From a virus, in the IMG/VR virus record IMGVR_UViG_3300028024_000105, positions 1-64,000 of that record: 64,000 nt of DNA; one strand, written 5' to 3'. The notes beneath the pieces are model-generated. The model saw only the letters and a list, made by a program, of their open reading frames with translations. It did not search any database and was not told the DNA's origin. The number at the start of each line of letters is the position of its first letter. The stretch's first letter is position 1. A program made the position numbers and the translations under genes. This document shows, piece by piece, positions 62,550-64,000 of the stretch.

Positions 62550-63218
62550 ATGGAGCAACGCCTGAAGCAGTGCGTCAAGGTCGAGAAGCCGCTGGTCGGA
62601 GGCAAGCTCCGAGCCAAGAAGGGGTACATCTACTTCTGGACCGAAGACGGGATGCGCTGGTTCCGCCACAACGAGCGGGCCTACCGTAGCATGCGCCAGA
62701 TCCGGTCTCTCGAGAACAAGCTGGCCAGACACTTCCCTGAAGTGAAGATCAAGAACCACGTCGACAAGCACGGGGAGCTGCCGGACGGTCTGGACAAGGG
62801 CGGCCTGCCGATCAAGACCTTCCCCCTGGTGTTCGGTGACGGGCGGCGCCGAGATCACCCCCGCCTGGAGCACCTGCAGAAGAAGATCGGCCAGCTAGAG
62901 CGTGAGAAGAAGGAGCTGCAGGCCATCGTCGCGCTGACCGGCGATGCCGATTTCGTGCCCACCGATTTCGTCACCAATCTAGGCTCCAACCTGGTGCAGG
63001 AGTACACTCGGCCGGACGGGACCAAGACGCTCGGCATGCAGATAGCGGGCGAGCCCGAGATCCGCCTGACCCGAGCACAGTGGCAGAACATGGTCGAGTT
63101 TCAAGAGGTCATCGTCGACGCGCTCCGGAAGTACGGAGAGCACGTCAAGCGCCGGACCTTGGGATACGACCGGAGCGCGCAGGACGCGCCGTCGGACGTC
63201 CACATGCCGAAGAACTGA
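62550..63218 (+). CDS. Hypothetical protein with coiled coil
   Basis: AGGAG SD. Confidence 0.6.
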   Translation: MEQRLKQCVKVEKPLVGGKLRAKKGYIYFWTEDGMRWFRHNERAYRSMRQIRSLENKLARHFPEVKIKNHVDKHGELPDGLDKGGLPIKTFPLVFGDGRRRDHPRLEHLQKKIGQLEREKKELQAIVALTGDADFVPTDFVTNLGSNLVQEYTRPDGTKTLGMQIAGEPEIRLTRAQWQNMVEFQEVIVDALRKYGEHVKRRTLGYDRSAQDAPSDVHMPKN

Positions 63219-63303
63219 CCACTATCTGCAGGGCAGTTACAGATTGCCTGTCACACCGATAGGCCACTGCCGTCCTATTCCCGTCACCGAAACGGAGGAT
63301 GGG

Positions 63304-63975
63304 ATGAAGACCTGGGCGCTGCACCGCGAAGACCTGATGACCCGCGAGGAGTGGCTGAAGCTCCGTTCCCACCTGCAGGCCAAGTACGACCTGGCCGTCG
63401 CCCGCGACACCTGGACGGCGGTTCAGGATCTGGTCATCTGCTTCACCGCCATCTACACGGGCCTGCGCCGGATGGAGCTGGCCGGACTTCGGCTCGGTGA
63501 CCTGCACCTGACGAATGAGAATCCCTTCATCGTGGTCCGCCACGGTAAGGGTGACAAATTCCGCGAGGTCGTGATCTCCCCGAGCACGCGCGCGATGCTG
63601 AAGTCCTTCCTGCGCTCGCAGCACGTGACGCCCGAGGACGCGCCGGATCGCTTCCTGTTCGTCCCGCAGCGCGGCGAGCACTACACCCCGGACGGGATCT
63701 ACCGGGTCTGGAAGACGGCCTGCCGCGAAGCGGGCATCCGCGAGGTCTCCATCCACAAGGCCCGGCACCTGTACTGCACCACCCTCTACGCGGTGAAGAA
63801 GGACGCCCGGTTCGTGCAGCGGCAGGCCGGACACACGCGCCTGACCACGACGCAGGTGTACATCGACATCACCGACGTGGACGCCAACGAGAATCTGGTC
63901 CTTCTCGATAAGGCTTTGACGCAGCGTCCTACGGTGCATGAATCTGTCGGAGGCGCTGGCTGCCGCACAGCGTAA
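63304..63975 (+). CDS. Short XerC/D-like tyrosine recombinase (catalytic domain only)
   Basis: TGLRRME, GKGDK.R, HKARH, GH, TTQVY. Confidence 0.88.
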   Translation: MKTWALHREDLMTREEWLKLRSHLQAKYDLAVARDTWTAVQDLVICFTAIYTGLRRMELAGLRLGDLHLTNENPFIVVRHGKGDKFREVVISPSTRAMLKSFLRSQHVTPEDAPDRFLFVPQRGEHYTPDGIYRVWKTACREAGIREVSIHKARHLYCTTLYAVKKDARFVQRQAGHTRLTTTQVYIDITDVDANENLVLLDKALTQRPTVHESVGGAGCRTA

Positions 63976-64000
63976 GTGCTCCTGCGGCAACCGCGTCCAC

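Noticed and set aside
1-64000. Alternative genetic code or stop-codon reassignment
   Set aside because: Conserved genes are full length under code 11, all three stops are used, and no suppressor tRNA is seen; the TGA anticodon reads Ser UCA

Overview
A 64 kb slice of a large, GC-rich, probably temperate dsDNA bacteriophage or prophage. There are no host housekeeping genes and no capsid, tail or large-terminase genes in view. Layout: (1) 1-10.2 kb, a sugar-synthesis and glycosyltransferase locus with two membrane genes. (2) 10.2-35.7 kb, a T4-like replication/recombination set (SF2 helicase, DnaB/gp41 helicase, primase, UvsY-like, gp32-like SSB, RecA, SbcCD, resolvase) built around a DnaE polymerase fused to a family-4 uracil-DNA glycosylase domain, plus two sigma-like genes, a Thg1-like enzyme, an RNA ligase and two clusters of tRNAs and tRNA-mimic RNAs. 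(3) 35.7-55 kb, many small accessory genes, two DNA methyltransferases (one encoded in two overlapping frames), dCMP deaminase, and two effectors sharing an N-terminal HPR tag. (4) 55-64 kb, integrase, tRNA-Arg(UCU), a probable attP, an excisionase-like gene and a second tyrosine recombinase. The most notable unannotated signals, all read by eye: three promoter-like motif classes (GTAAC-N16/17-CGTC with a GCAGRTAG operator; CRANAT-N13-CGTCYTAC; GTCCAAG) that mostly lie 5 nt before start codons or before the first base of RNA stems, implying leaderless mRNAs and a sigma cascade; a set of non-canonical tRNA-shaped RNAs (circularly permuted/YrlA-like, minihelix, D-arm-expanded, Leu-bodied with broken anticodon); and 3' trailers complementary to phage ribosome-binding leaders. 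Product calls come from motif recognition only; no searches were run.
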